NCBI GenBank assembly: GCA_016928395.1
Contig: JAFGKV010000114.1
Span: 16,525-80,524, forward strand
Direction: 5' to 3'
DNA: 64,000 nucleotides
Source: Candidatus Fermentibacterota bacterium
GTDB lineage: Bacteria > JAFGKV01
Shown in pieces: positions 1 through 9,237 of this stretch (positions are counted from its first letter, which is position 1; the number at the start of each line of letters is the position of its first letter). Both the position numbers and the translations under genes were made by a program. The notes beneath the pieces are model-generated. The model ran no database searches. It saw only the letters and a program-made list of their open reading frames with translations, and was not told the DNA's origin.

Positions 1-1452
1 AGAAGCACACCCGCCTGCTGGGCCGTGCTTTACCAAAGCGACTTATATGCGACCGTCCCGGAACGCATTCGCTCCAGCATCGACCGGAATTTCGAGGAGT
101 TGCAACGCTTCCCCACGCCATGGGGCGGCGTCGTCATGATAATGGCCACGCCGTGGCTCCGCGCCTCCGAGTCACAGTGGAGCTTCGAGCAGGAGCGGCT
201 GGCGTTGGGCGACGATCAGGGCAATGAGGCCTTGGTCGCCATGGCTCGGCTCTACCTTGATGCGGGACGACCGGATTCGGCCAAAACTGCGCTGGCAGAG
301 GCGCTGATCAGGTCGCCTGCCAATGTGCACGCGCTGATGCAAATGGCCCAAATCGCGGAGCGTGAAGGTGATGACGAAGGCGCTGCCGCATGGTATGGTA
401 AGGCAGCCAGGGCTGATTCCTCTGACCCGAGGCCCTACTTCGAGCACGGCCGCCTCATGGCCCAGGCGGGCAGGCTGCAGACTGCCGCGGCAAGTCTTGA
501 GCGGGCGCTGGCGCTGGAGAATAGGCATGTGCCGGCCGCTCAGCTTCTCTCCCGCGTCTATGATGATCTCGGTCGAACGGAAGATGCCTCAGGCATGGAG
601 CAGCGGCTCCAAGGTATGAGCGGCAGCGCCATTCTTGACTTCGAGTTTGGCCGAGTCTTGGCGGTGAGATCGGCGGAACTACCCACCATGACCTGGGCGC
701 CCGGCGAAGAGGTTTCAATCCTCTTGTCATGGGAGACCCTTCGATCCTCGAGCACGGGTATCATGCCGACCCTGGTGGTCGAATCGGAGACGTCGAGCCC
801 CATGCTCCGGCCTCCGCCGGGGGGGTGGACCTTGAGCCTGCCTGACTCGGGATTCGAGGCCGGCCTCAGCGGAACGGATTCGCTGTCAGTGCATTTCCTC
901 TACCGTGATCTTCCCCAGCTATACCCCGATATCGTGCAGATATCACTCAAACTCCTTGATACCGCGGGAATTCCTCTGTCGATCTCGACGACCCGAGGCG
1001 ACCAGTTGACCACAGCTTCCCTCGCCAGACTGGTAGCATGGCGTGCCTCAAGCCAACGGCGCGTCACGGTTGAGGCCGAGGAGATGGATCAACACCCTGG
1101 CTTCCCGGTACCCGGTGGCATCAATGTCGGAGATGCGGGCCTTACCCATGGATTTCGGTTTCCCGGAGGTCCTGTCGCGTTCGAAGTCGTGGCACGGGGT
1201 ACACCGGCCGCAGGACAATGGCCAAAGATGATCATCGAGATCGCAGGGCAGGTAGTGCGGGAACTGGATGTTCCGGATCGCGAATGGCGGACCTACACGG
1301 TCTCGGCCACCGTCCCCCCGGGGCTCCGGATCGTCCGCATGAAATTCCCCAATGATTACGTCAATCAGGCCACTGGTGAAGACCGCAACCTGGTCATCGA
1401 CAAAGTCACCTTGGTAGAAGAGGAGATTCGATTCCGATTGGAAGCACCTTGA
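1..1452 (+). CDS. TPR-repeat protein with C-terminal beta-rich (carbohydrate-binding-like) domain; 5' partial
   Basis: ORF 25..1452 stays open in frame back to nt 1. The N-terminal half has TPR-like helix pairs (ALVAMARLYLDAGRPDSAKTALAEAL; AAAWYGKAARAD...YFEHGRLMAQAG). The C-terminal ~130 aa is beta-rich (NDYVNQATGEDRNLVIDKVTLVEE). The stop overlaps the next start (ATGA at 1449-1452). Confidence 0.5.
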   Translation, partial: RSTPACWAVLYQSDLYATVPERIRSSIDRNFEELQRFPTPWGGVVMIMATPWLRASESQWSFEQERLALGDDQGNEALVAMARLYLDAGRPDSAKTALAEALIRSPANVHALMQMAQIAEREGDDEGAAAWYGKAARADSSDPRPYFEHGRLMAQAGRLQTAAASLERALALENRHVPAAQLLSRVYDDLGRTEDASGMEQRLQGMSGSAILDFEFGRVLAVRSAELPTMTWAPGEEVSILLSWETLRSSSTGIMPTLVVESETSSPMLRPPPGGWTLSLPDSGFEAGLSGTDSLSVHFLYRDLPQLYPDIVQISLKLLDTAGIPLSISTTRGDQLTTASLARLVAWRASSQRRVTVEAEEMDQHPGFPVPGGINVGDAGLTHGFRFPGGPVAFEVVARGTPAAGQWPKMIIEIAGQVVRELDVPDREWRTYTVSATVPPGLRIVRMKFPNDYVNQATGEDRNLVIDKVTLVEEEIRFRLEAP

Positions 1453-2663
1453 AACACGCCGCGGCACGGGTGCTGCCGCCTGCACTCTGCCTCGCCGTCG
1501 CACTGCTGATTTGGTATCCGTTGCGGATTCCCTTGCATATCCCCTGGGCTGGTACTCTGTGGGAACGATTGCACGATGTGACGGTGGCACTCTTACTGAT
1601 AGCCTCGGTACCCTCCGCCGCACGGTTCCTTCGTACCCGGGGCCCGTGGATGAGGGATGTACCTGTGCTGTACTTGGCGTTGTGCATGGTATCCGTGATT
1701 CCGCTGCTGGGAGTCCCGACACTGGGTTTCGCGTACGCGCGAATGCAGTGGATCACCTTGGCCGTCTACGGAGCCACGTTTCTGTGCGCCTACGGAGTGG
1801 CACGACAGTCACCGAGGGTGGTGATCGGTTTGGCCGCGGCCTGGTGTTCGTGGGCGGTGGTGAGTGCAGGCGGAGCAGTGATCTCAGCTCTGATCCATGG
1901 CCGTTTGATCCACGATGCGGTGGATGCCATGGGTCACACCAACAGCCGCGCGGGCTTCGAACTCGTGGTCATGCTCTTCATACTCGGTGCTGTCTGGCGC
2001 GACGCCCCACGCCTGCGGGCGGCGTTCCTGCCTTTGCTCCTGCTGCTCGCGACCTCGGTCACACTCAGCCTGTCTCGAGGCGCATGGATGGGCTTCCTCG
2101 CTGGCCTGGTGGTGTGCGTTGGGTGGCACTGGGGATGGCGAAGGGGAGCCGTGGTCTTGGCTGCGGGCGTGGTGCTTGCCGTGGCGCTTCCGGGCCCCGT
2201 CGGTGACAGGGCAAGATCCGTGGCTGACGCAGGTCTTGCCAGCAATCTTTTTCGTGTTCAGGTGTGGCGCGCCGCCCTTTCCGTGATACGCGAAAACCCC
2301 TGGGGAGGCAGCGGCTACGATACTCTGTGGTTTTCGTTGCTCTCGCACCTTGGCGCCGACACTCCCACGATGGCGGGCAAACATGTCCACAACCTGCTGC
2401 TGCAGACATGGGCTGAGACCGGGCTTCTGGGGGCCGCAGCGCTTGGTGGCGTCTTTGCTGGCATGCTGCGCAGTGCGTGGGCCATGGGAAACGGGCCGGC
2501 CGGAGTGAACCGCCTCGTCGGGCGTGGTGTTGTTATTGCACTGGCCGGTTCGGTCGCGCACTCTTTGGTCGACTGCACGTGGCGTGACTACGGTCAACAG
2601 ATACTGTTCTGGAGTCTGGCGGGATGGATTGCGGGGTCGCGGGAACATGAGGATGCGACATGA
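1449..2663 (+). CDS. O-antigen ligase / Wzy_C family polytopic membrane protein
   Basis: Multiple hydrophobic helices. Contains the Wzy_C signature HNLLLQTWAETGLLGAA (H-N-x-y-L...E-x-G). 4-nt overlap with the upstream TPR gene. Confidence 0.6.
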   Translation: MKHAAARVLPPALCLAVALLIWYPLRIPLHIPWAGTLWERLHDVTVALLLIASVPSAARFLRTRGPWMRDVPVLYLALCMVSVIPLLGVPTLGFAYARMQWITLAVYGATFLCAYGVARQSPRVVIGLAAAWCSWAVVSAGGAVISALIHGRLIHDAVDAMGHTNSRAGFELVVMLFILGAVWRDAPRLRAAFLPLLLLLATSVTLSLSRGAWMGFLAGLVVCVGWHWGWRRGAVVLAAGVVLAVALPGPVGDRARSVADAGLASNLFRVQVWRAALSVIRENPWGGSGYDTLWFSLLSHLGADTPTMAGKHVHNLLLQTWAETGLLGAAALGGVFAGMLRSAWAMGNGPAGVNRLVGRGVVIALAGSVAHSLVDCTWRDYGQQILFWSLAGWIAGSREHEDAT

Positions 2664-2889
2664 GATCGATGCTGGTGTCAGGGTTCGAGTCGCACGATCG
2701 ACATCATCCCATGGCGTCCTACGGTAGCGGTTCAATCCTAGGTTGGAGTCCGCTCCGATTCGGACCCTTCTGGTGCACGAGTCGAAGCGAGGGGACTTTC
2801 CCCTCACGCTTCGTCCTATGGTGTTCGAGACGTCGCACTCGGCGGGTTCCCATGAACCCTGAACCCTTCTCCACGCGTGGTTACCCGCT

Positions 2890-4194
2890 ATGAAGTTCTC
2901 CATCGATACCATGGGATGTCAGATGAACAAGGCCGACAGCGAACGAGTGGCTGGTGCCCTCCTGGCAACCGGGTGGAGTGAGGCCGACAGTATGGACCAG
3001 GCCGACATGGTGCTGGTGAACGGCTGCGTCGTTCGCGCCAAGGCGGAGCAGAAGGCATTGCTCCGGGTTCGCGAACTGCTTCAGAGGCAAAGGCCTCCGA
3101 AGGTGGGCCTCATCGGATGCGCGGCCCAGTGGCGTGGGGCCGGGCTATTTCGCGAGCTACCCGCCCTCCACCTCATGGTGTCCCCATCCCGGCTGGATGA
3201 ACTGCCGTCCATCGCCTCAGAAGGAGGATGTCTCCTGGGCGAGAGCGAATTGCGGTCTCCTGGAACCGTAATTCGACGCCGTTCGGGAATCAAGGCCTGG
3301 ATTCCTGTCATGCACGGGTGCGACCACGGGTGTACCTTCTGTGTGGTGCCGCAGACAAGAGGCCATGAGACATCGCTTCCCCCTCCCCATGTAATGCGGA
3401 TCGCGTCCGAGGCAGTTCGCGCGGGGCACGTAGAACTCGATCTTCTCGGTCAACGCGTCTCGGCATACCGGTATCGCGGAGTGACATTCGCCGCCTTGGT
3501 GCAACAGCTGGCCCTCATGGCCGGTGTGAAGCGGATTAGATTCACCGCACCGTATCCTGCTGATGTGGGGGATGACTTGTTGCAGATCATGGCCGACAGC
3601 AGAGTGGTGGAACACAGACTCCATCTGCCGCTGCAGTCTGGTTCTGACCGGGTTCTTGCCCGTATGGGAAGAGGGTACACAGTCTCAGAGTACATGGGCA
3701 TTGTGGAACGCGGAAGGTCGCTGATGCCTGACTTTGGCTTGTCCACCGACATTATCGTTGGGTTCCCGGGAGAGACGGAAGCGGACTATGCGACCACCGA
3801 GCGGCTGGTCCGCGACGCTGAGTTCGACACGGCATTCACTTTTATGTTTTCACCCCGCGCAGGAACACCCGCCGCGGCCATGGACGGCCAGATACCTCAT
3901 TATGTCAAGAAAGAACGGCTTGCTCGGCTTATCTCGGTCCTGCACGACACGTTGGAAAGACGGCTTGCCAATTTTGTCGGCACCACCATGGAGGTACTGG
4001 TGGAGAGACTTGACGAATCCACTGGAGATCACTCCGTGGGAAAGGCATCCAATGGCAGAGTTGTCGCCATCGCGGGGCGCCATGCGGCCGGTGAGCTGGT
4101 GACGGTGAAGGTGACAGGCCTGCAGGGTCACACACTGAACGCGGTACCCGTAGACGAAGGAGGCCAGAGATGTGGTTTGTCCGTTGGCTCGTGA
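2890..4194 (+). CDS. miaB: tRNA methylthiotransferase, MiaB family (radical SAM)
   Basis: N-terminal MTTase domain MKFSIDTMGCQMNKADSE. Radical-SAM CDHGCTFCVVP (CxxxCxxC). C-terminal TRAM-like region. About 434 aa, typical for MiaB. Confidence 0.75.
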   Translation: MKFSIDTMGCQMNKADSERVAGALLATGWSEADSMDQADMVLVNGCVVRAKAEQKALLRVRELLQRQRPPKVGLIGCAAQWRGAGLFRELPALHLMVSPSRLDELPSIASEGGCLLGESELRSPGTVIRRRSGIKAWIPVMHGCDHGCTFCVVPQTRGHETSLPPPHVMRIASEAVRAGHVELDLLGQRVSAYRYRGVTFAALVQQLALMAGVKRIRFTAPYPADVGDDLLQIMADSRVVEHRLHLPLQSGSDRVLARMGRGYTVSEYMGIVERGRSLMPDFGLSTDIIVGFPGETEADYATTERLVRDAEFDTAFTFMFSPRAGTPAAAMDGQIPHYVKKERLARLISVLHDTLERRLANFVGTTMEVLVERLDESTGDHSVGKASNGRVVAIAGRHAAGELVTVKVTGLQGHTLNAVPVDEGGQRCGLSVGS

Positions 4195-4514
4195 TTGCGA
4201 TTGTCTTCGTTGCCCTGCTATTCTTCGGGTTTCAGAACTCAGGTCAGATCGTGCAGCAGCTATGGATCGTACGTACGATCTACAACGTTCCGCTGCTGCT
4301 GGTGCTCCTGGCTTCATTTCTCCTGGGCATGGTCGTCATGTTCTTCATCGCCAGCGTCGAGTACTTTCGGATGCAGGCCAAGGTACGAGGCGTCCGCAAG
4401 GAACGGGATCGTTTGACTGAGCAGGCACAAGGTTTCCAGCGAATACCCCTCCAGGACATTGATGATGCCCTGACGGACAACGCGGACGACGCGGGCGGAG
4501 GAGGAATGGGATGA
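4170..4514 (+). CDS. lapA: LapA-like (DUF1049) inner-membrane protein
   Basis: 114 aa with two TM helices (WLVIAIVFVALLFFGF; LLLVLLASFLLGMVVMFFIA) and a charged C-terminus. Lies immediately upstream of, and overlapping, a LapB-like gene, which is the canonical lapA-lapB arrangement. Confidence 0.55.
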   Translation: MWFVRWLVIAIVFVALLFFGFQNSGQIVQQLWIVRTIYNVPLLLVLLASFLLGMVVMFFIASVEYFRMQAKVRGVRKERDRLTEQAQGFQRIPLQDIDDALTDNADDAGGGGMG

Positions 4515-5671
4515 CCTCCACGGCGAACACGTCCATCCTGCTCGGCCTGCTGGCAATTGTCCTTCTAATCCTGATGCTTCTGCGCGTCGATCAAAGGCGA
4601 AAGCGCAGACAGCGGCAGCGAGCGTATCCAGAGTATGTGGAGGGGCTCCACCTGCTCCTTCGAGGGCGAAAGGACGCCGCAGCTCGGGCGTTCCGGGCCG
4701 CCATTGAGTCGGGTCCCTACGCCCTGGAGGCTCGGCTCCGCTTGGGGGATCTGCTCAGAGCGCGAGGCGCCGTCGAACAGGCTGCGCGGCTGCACGAATC
4801 CCTCTTGTCCTTCCCTAGCATACCGGTAGCCCTCCGTCGCGACGCGGCGCTCGCCTTGGCTGATGACCATAAGGCGGCCGGGAAGTCCGAGGCCTCGATC
4901 GATGCCATCCAGCGGGCCGTGACCGCCATCGGCAATGACGAGATGCTCCTCCAGCGCCTCCTGCAGGCGCTGGAGGAGAACGGGCGCTGGGATCGGGCCA
5001 TGGATGCCGCACGCACCCTGGAGAAAATGAGTGCGCGATCAGTCAAACCCCGCGCGGCATTGTACCGAGTCGAGCGGGCTCGAGAAGCACTGGCCTCTGG
5101 CAATCTCCGCCGAGCCCGCGCGGATCTGCGAAAAGCGCTGGTCGAGGATCCCAAATGCGGACCCGCCCGCCTTCTCACGGGTGATGCCTTCTTTCAGGAA
5201 GGGGATCTCGACAAGGCCGTTGCTGAATGGCTGCGCCTGGCCGAGGACGTACCAGAGCTGGCATCGCTGGCCTACTCCCGCATCGAGCCGGCGCTCTATG
5301 ACTCCGGCGACTACGGGAGGATCCTCGCCATCTACAACTCAATACTCCAGAAGCGCCCCGGCGATGTGGAGACGCTGTGCCGTCTGGCACGCCACGATGA
5401 GCGTATCGGTTCTCTGGAGAAGGCAGTGGAACGCGCCCACCAGGCTTCAGAATCCGCCCCGGGCACGATCTATCCCCGTTCGATCATGGCAGCCTACCTC
5501 TGCGACCTGAACAGGCCAAAGCCTGCGGGGATTCTCTGCCGGGAGATTGCTCAGCAGGCGCAGTCCGAGGTCTATCGTTGCCCGCATTGCGGTATCACGG
5601 GGCCTGATTTCGCCTGGCGATGCCCTTCATGCCTGCGCATCGGGTCATTTGTGCGGTCGAAATCCGGCTGA
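4511..5671 (+). CDS. lapB: LPS assembly protein LapB (YciM): N-terminal TM, TPR repeats, C-terminal rubredoxin-like Cys4 finger
   Basis: N-terminal TM LLGLLAIVLLILMLL followed by a K/R patch. TPR helices. C-terminal CPHCGITGPDFAWRCPSCLRIGSF with two CxxC motifs, typical of the LapB metal-binding domain. Confidence 0.7.
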   Translation: MTSTANTSILLGLLAIVLLILMLLRVDQRRKRRQRQRAYPEYVEGLHLLLRGRKDAAARAFRAAIESGPYALEARLRLGDLLRARGAVEQAARLHESLLSFPSIPVALRRDAALALADDHKAAGKSEASIDAIQRAVTAIGNDEMLLQRLLQALEENGRWDRAMDAARTLEKMSARSVKPRAALYRVERAREALASGNLRRARADLRKALVEDPKCGPARLLTGDAFFQEGDLDKAVAEWLRLAEDVPELASLAYSRIEPALYDSGDYGRILAIYNSILQKRPGDVETLCRLARHDERIGSLEKAVERAHQASESAPGTIYPRSIMAAYLCDLNRPKPAGILCREIAQQAQSEVYRCPHCGITGPDFAWRCPSCLRIGSFVRSKSG

Positions 5672-5673
5672 GC

Positions 5674-6582
5674 ATGTCTCGACTCCTCGCCATACTGATC
5701 GCGATGGGGCTGTTCATGGGACGAAACGTCTCCATCGCGAGGGGGACGGAGTTCGACGCCGATTCCTGCTTCAAAGACCTTCGCCGCGCAGTCGGTGAGA
5801 CCACTTCCGTAGCCGGCGTCGAGTATCTATCCGGCCTCTATGCCGTAGGTCGGATTGACGAGGCGCTGGATGCGTGGCGCGCCTTAGTGGATGCTACGCC
5901 ATCCGTTCTGTCCAGAATAGATCACCTTTACTGGTTCTGCCTCACGCTCTTGGAGACCGAACGGTCGGGAGAGGCCGTGGCACTTCTGGAGGATGCCCGG
6001 GCTTCCGGCCTTCTGGACAGTCATCGCTCCTACCTTCACTCCATGACCAAGGAACTGCTTTGCGCGGCCTACCTTGAGTTGGAGGAGTTCGAACAGGCCG
6101 TCGCATTGGCGGCGGAAATCGCCCGTCACGGCGTCGTACCGGAGGCCAGAATCCTGGCCCTGTACGACGTGGCTCGGGCTAGGGAGGGATTGGGTGATAC
6201 AGACGGCGCCCGGGAGGCCTGGGAGCTTTTGACATCCACGGCGGAAGATACTCCTGAAGCGGTCCGTGCCCGAGAACGCCTGGGCAGGATACAGGCCACG
6301 CCGCGGGTGCCCATCCCCCCAGGTTCAGACATGCCGGGAAATGCCGTCTGCCTTCACTTGGGTTCGTCTCGTAACCATACGGCTGCAACGTCGTGGGCCG
6401 CCATGGCCCGTGCACTGGGTATTGCCACCTTCATCCGCGACGACACAACCCCAGCCGGCAGAGTCTTCACGGTTCACACGCCCCGCCTCACCTCATTCCA
6501 AGATGGATTGAGAGCCCGAGCCCTCCTTACGGCTTCAGGTCACAATGATGTGGTAATCGTGCCGTGCGAAGGCCTTGAGTGA
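5674..6582 (+). CDS. Exported TPR-like protein with C-terminal SPOR (peptidoglycan-binding) domain
   Basis: Likely start at internal Met (MSRLLAILIAMGLFMG, signal-like); the ORF itself begins at 5620, overlapping lapB. The C-terminal ~75 aa (VCLHLGSSRNHTAATSWAAMARALGIATFIRDD...RVFTVHTPRLTSFQDGLRARALL) fits the SPOR fold pattern. Confidence 0.45.
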   Translation: MSRLLAILIAMGLFMGRNVSIARGTEFDADSCFKDLRRAVGETTSVAGVEYLSGLYAVGRIDEALDAWRALVDATPSVLSRIDHLYWFCLTLLETERSGEAVALLEDARASGLLDSHRSYLHSMTKELLCAAYLELEEFEQAVALAAEIARHGVVPEARILALYDVARAREGLGDTDGAREAWELLTSTAEDTPEAVRARERLGRIQATPRVPIPPGSDMPGNAVCLHLGSSRNHTAATSWAAMARALGIATFIRDDTTPAGRVFTVHTPRLTSFQDGLRARALLTASGHNDVVIVPCEGLE

Positions 6583-6608
6583 CGGGGCAGTAGTGCCGTC
6601 GATGACCT

Positions 6609-9236
6609 ATGAATCGCCCCGCTGAGAACACCAGCGCCACAGGCAGGCGTACCGCAGGGGCCAAGACCGCGACCCCCATGATGCGCCAGTACTGGAGCGT
6701 GAAACGGCGCTATCCCGGCGCGTTGGTGCTGTTCAGACTGGGTGACTTCTACGAGACCTTCGGAGAAGACGCAGCCCTAGCTTCCAAAGTGCTGGGCATT
6801 GCCCTCACCTCCCGCGGCGGGGACATCCCTCTCGCCGGCATCCCATTTCACAGCGCGGACCCGTACATCGACCGTCTCGTGGCCGCCGGACACAAAGTGG
6901 CGATCTGCGAGCAGCTCGAGGACCCCGCAAAGGCCAAGGGCATCGTACGGCGGGACGTGGTACGCGTGGTCACTCCGGGCACGGTACTCAGTGAAGGGCT
7001 TCTCAACGCCGGGGCACCCACCTACCTGGCCGCCGTGAATCCGGGTCCCTCCCGCTGGGGGCTCGCCATCGTGGACATCGCTTCGGGTGAGTTCAAGGCC
7101 ACCGAACTCGCACTCAACGAAGTCGGCGAGGAAATCCAGCGCGTGTCGCCTGCGGAGCTGCTGGTACCCCGATGGCTACGGGACCAAGATGCGCTCCATC
7201 AGGTTCTGGCGGTCGTACCGCACGCAGCGGTGGAAGCCCGGGAGGATTGGGTATTTGACGGAGAGGCAGGCGCCGACCTGCTGAATCGTCACTTCGGAAC
7301 AGCCACGCTGGAGGGTTTCGGTCTTCACTCCGGCTGCGCCGCCGTCGGCGCAGCCGGTGCGGTGATTCACTATCTCCTGGAGACCCAGAAATCGGGACTT
7401 GGCCATATCAGGTCCCTCCGGGTGTATCATCTCTCCGAATTCATGCGCCTGGACCGGCATACGCGTCGGAACCTCGAACTCGTCGACTCCTTGGATCCCG
7501 ACGACAGGGACGTGACGCTGCTCGCGGCCCTGAATCGCACGTGTTCGCGCATGGGCGAGCGACTGCTGCGTCGTTGGATCCTGGAGCCGTTGCTTGACAT
7601 CGACGCCATTGAGGAACGGCTGGATGCCGTACAGGCTCTCGTGGATGACGACCTTGGGCGGTCAGAAGTGCGGGGTCTTCTTTCCTCCATGGCAGACATC
7701 GAACGCCTGACGGGTAGGATCGGATGTCGCGCCGCCTCGGCCCGCGATCTGGTCTCCTTGGCATCGTCTCTGGAGCATCTTCCCCGGCTTGCGGAGCAGC
7801 TGTCGAAGAGCACGAGCTCGTTCTTGGGGCAGACCGCCATGAAGCTTCGGGGTGAGCAGGAGATTGTCGAGGAGATCCACCGGGTCCTGGTTGACCGCCC
7901 GCCCCCTCACCTGCGGGCTGGCGGGTATGTACGCACCGGTTGCGATACGGCCCTGGATGAACTGCGAGCGGCCGCCCGCGACGGCAAGACCTGGCTGTCG
8001 GAACTGCAGCAGCGCGAGCGTGACGATACGGGGATCCCCAGCCTCCGGGTCGGTTTCAACCGGGTATTCGGGTTTTACATCGAGGTGACCAAGCCTCATC
8101 TACCCCGGGTGCCGGAGCGCTACCTCCGCAAGCAGACCCTGGCCAATGCGGAGCGCTTCTACACCGCGGAGCTGAAAGAGAAGGAATCGCTGATTCTGGG
8201 AGCCGAGGAGAGGGCGCTGGAGCGGGAACGCGAGCTGTTCGACGCGCTGCTCATTTGGCTGGAAATCAGGCTAACCGCTCTCCTGACCATGGCGTCAGCC
8301 GTGGCAACTGGGGACGTCATTCAGTCCCTGGCGCAGCTCGCCAGGGAGCGATCCTACCGGAGACCAGACATTGACAGCTCCGCTAGAATCTCCCTCTCAT
8401 CAAGCAGGCATCCCGTGGTGGAGCAACTCGGCACTGAGCCGTTCATGCCAAATGACGTTCTGCTTGACAACCAGGACCATCAGCTCGTCCTGCTCACGGG
8501 CCCCAATATGGCCGGTAAGTCGACCTATCTTCGCCAGGTCGGACTCATCGTCTTGATGGCCCAGATCGGCTCGTTTGTGCCGGCCGAGGCCGCGGAGATC
8601 GGCGTCGTGGATCAGATCTTCACCCGCGTCGGCGCCACTGATCGGTTGGCCCGGGGTCAGAGCACGTTCATGGTGGAGATGATCGAGACTGCGTCCATCC
8701 TGCATCATGCCACGGACAGGAGCCTCGTGCTCTTGGACGAGATCGGCCGGGGCACTAGTACGTACGACGGGCTCGCCATAGCCTGGTCTGTTGCCGAGCG
8801 CCTTCACCAGGGGCCAATGACACCACGGACCATATTCGCCACTCACTACCATGAGTTGACCGCGCTGGAGGCCGATTTCCCCCGCATCGTCAACTACAAC
8901 GTAGCGGTCCGCCGGGAGGGGGACCGGGTTCTGTTTCTCCACCGTATCCAACGGGGCGCAGCCAGCAGCTCCTACGGCATCGAAGTGGCCCGGCTTGCAG
9001 GGCTGCCAGCCGATGTCCTGCTGCGGGCAGCCGAGATTTTGGCTCAGCTGGAAGACCACCCCCCAGCCGCACGCACGCCCACGATCCGCAGAGCGGTATC
9101 CGACCAACTGGAGCTTTTCGGCGCCCCAGAGGATCCCCTCAAGTCTAGACTCCAGGGGCTTGTGGTCGACCAGATCACCCCGTTGCAGGCGCTGCACTTG
9201 CTCCACGAGCTCAAACGGCTGGCCCGGGACAAGTAG
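6609..9236 (+). CDS. mutS: DNA mismatch repair protein MutS
   Basis: N-terminal MMRQYWSVKRRYPGALVLFRLGDFYETFGEDA (mismatch-binding domain). Walker A GPNMAGKSTYLRQ. FATHYHELT and DEIGRGTSTYDG motifs. 875 aa. Confidence 0.92.
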   Translation: MNRPAENTSATGRRTAGAKTATPMMRQYWSVKRRYPGALVLFRLGDFYETFGEDAALASKVLGIALTSRGGDIPLAGIPFHSADPYIDRLVAAGHKVAICEQLEDPAKAKGIVRRDVVRVVTPGTVLSEGLLNAGAPTYLAAVNPGPSRWGLAIVDIASGEFKATELALNEVGEEIQRVSPAELLVPRWLRDQDALHQVLAVVPHAAVEAREDWVFDGEAGADLLNRHFGTATLEGFGLHSGCAAVGAAGAVIHYLLETQKSGLGHIRSLRVYHLSEFMRLDRHTRRNLELVDSLDPDDRDVTLLAALNRTCSRMGERLLRRWILEPLLDIDAIEERLDAVQALVDDDLGRSEVRGLLSSMADIERLTGRIGCRAASARDLVSLASSLEHLPRLAEQLSKSTSSFLGQTAMKLRGEQEIVEEIHRVLVDRPPPHLRAGGYVRTGCDTALDELRAAARDGKTWLSELQQRERDDTGIPSLRVGFNRVFGFYIEVTKPHLPRVPERYLRKQTLANAERFYTAELKEKESLILGAEERALERERELFDALLIWLEIRLTALLTMASAVATGDVIQSLAQLARERSYRRPDIDSSARISLSSSRHPVVEQLGTEPFMPNDVLLDNQDHQLVLLTGPNMAGKSTYLRQVGLIVLMAQIGSFVPAEAAEIGVVDQIFTRVGATDRLARGQSTFMVEMIETASILHHATDRSLVLLDEIGRGTSTYDGLAIAWSVAERLHQGPMTPRTIFATHYHELTALEADFPRIVNYNVAVRREGDRVLFLHRIQRGAASSSYGIEVARLAGLPADVLLRAAEILAQLEDHPPAARTPTIRRAVSDQLELFGAPEDPLKSRLQGLVVDQITPLQALHLLHELKRLARDK

Positions 9237-9237
9237 C

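Noticed and set aside
1449-2206. Alternative-frame ORFs inside the O-antigen ligase gene (1511..2206+, 1884..2912-, etc.)
   Set aside because: They overlap a membrane-protein gene with a clear Wzy_C motif and have Arg/Pro/Ala-rich composition typical of off-frame GC-rich translation.
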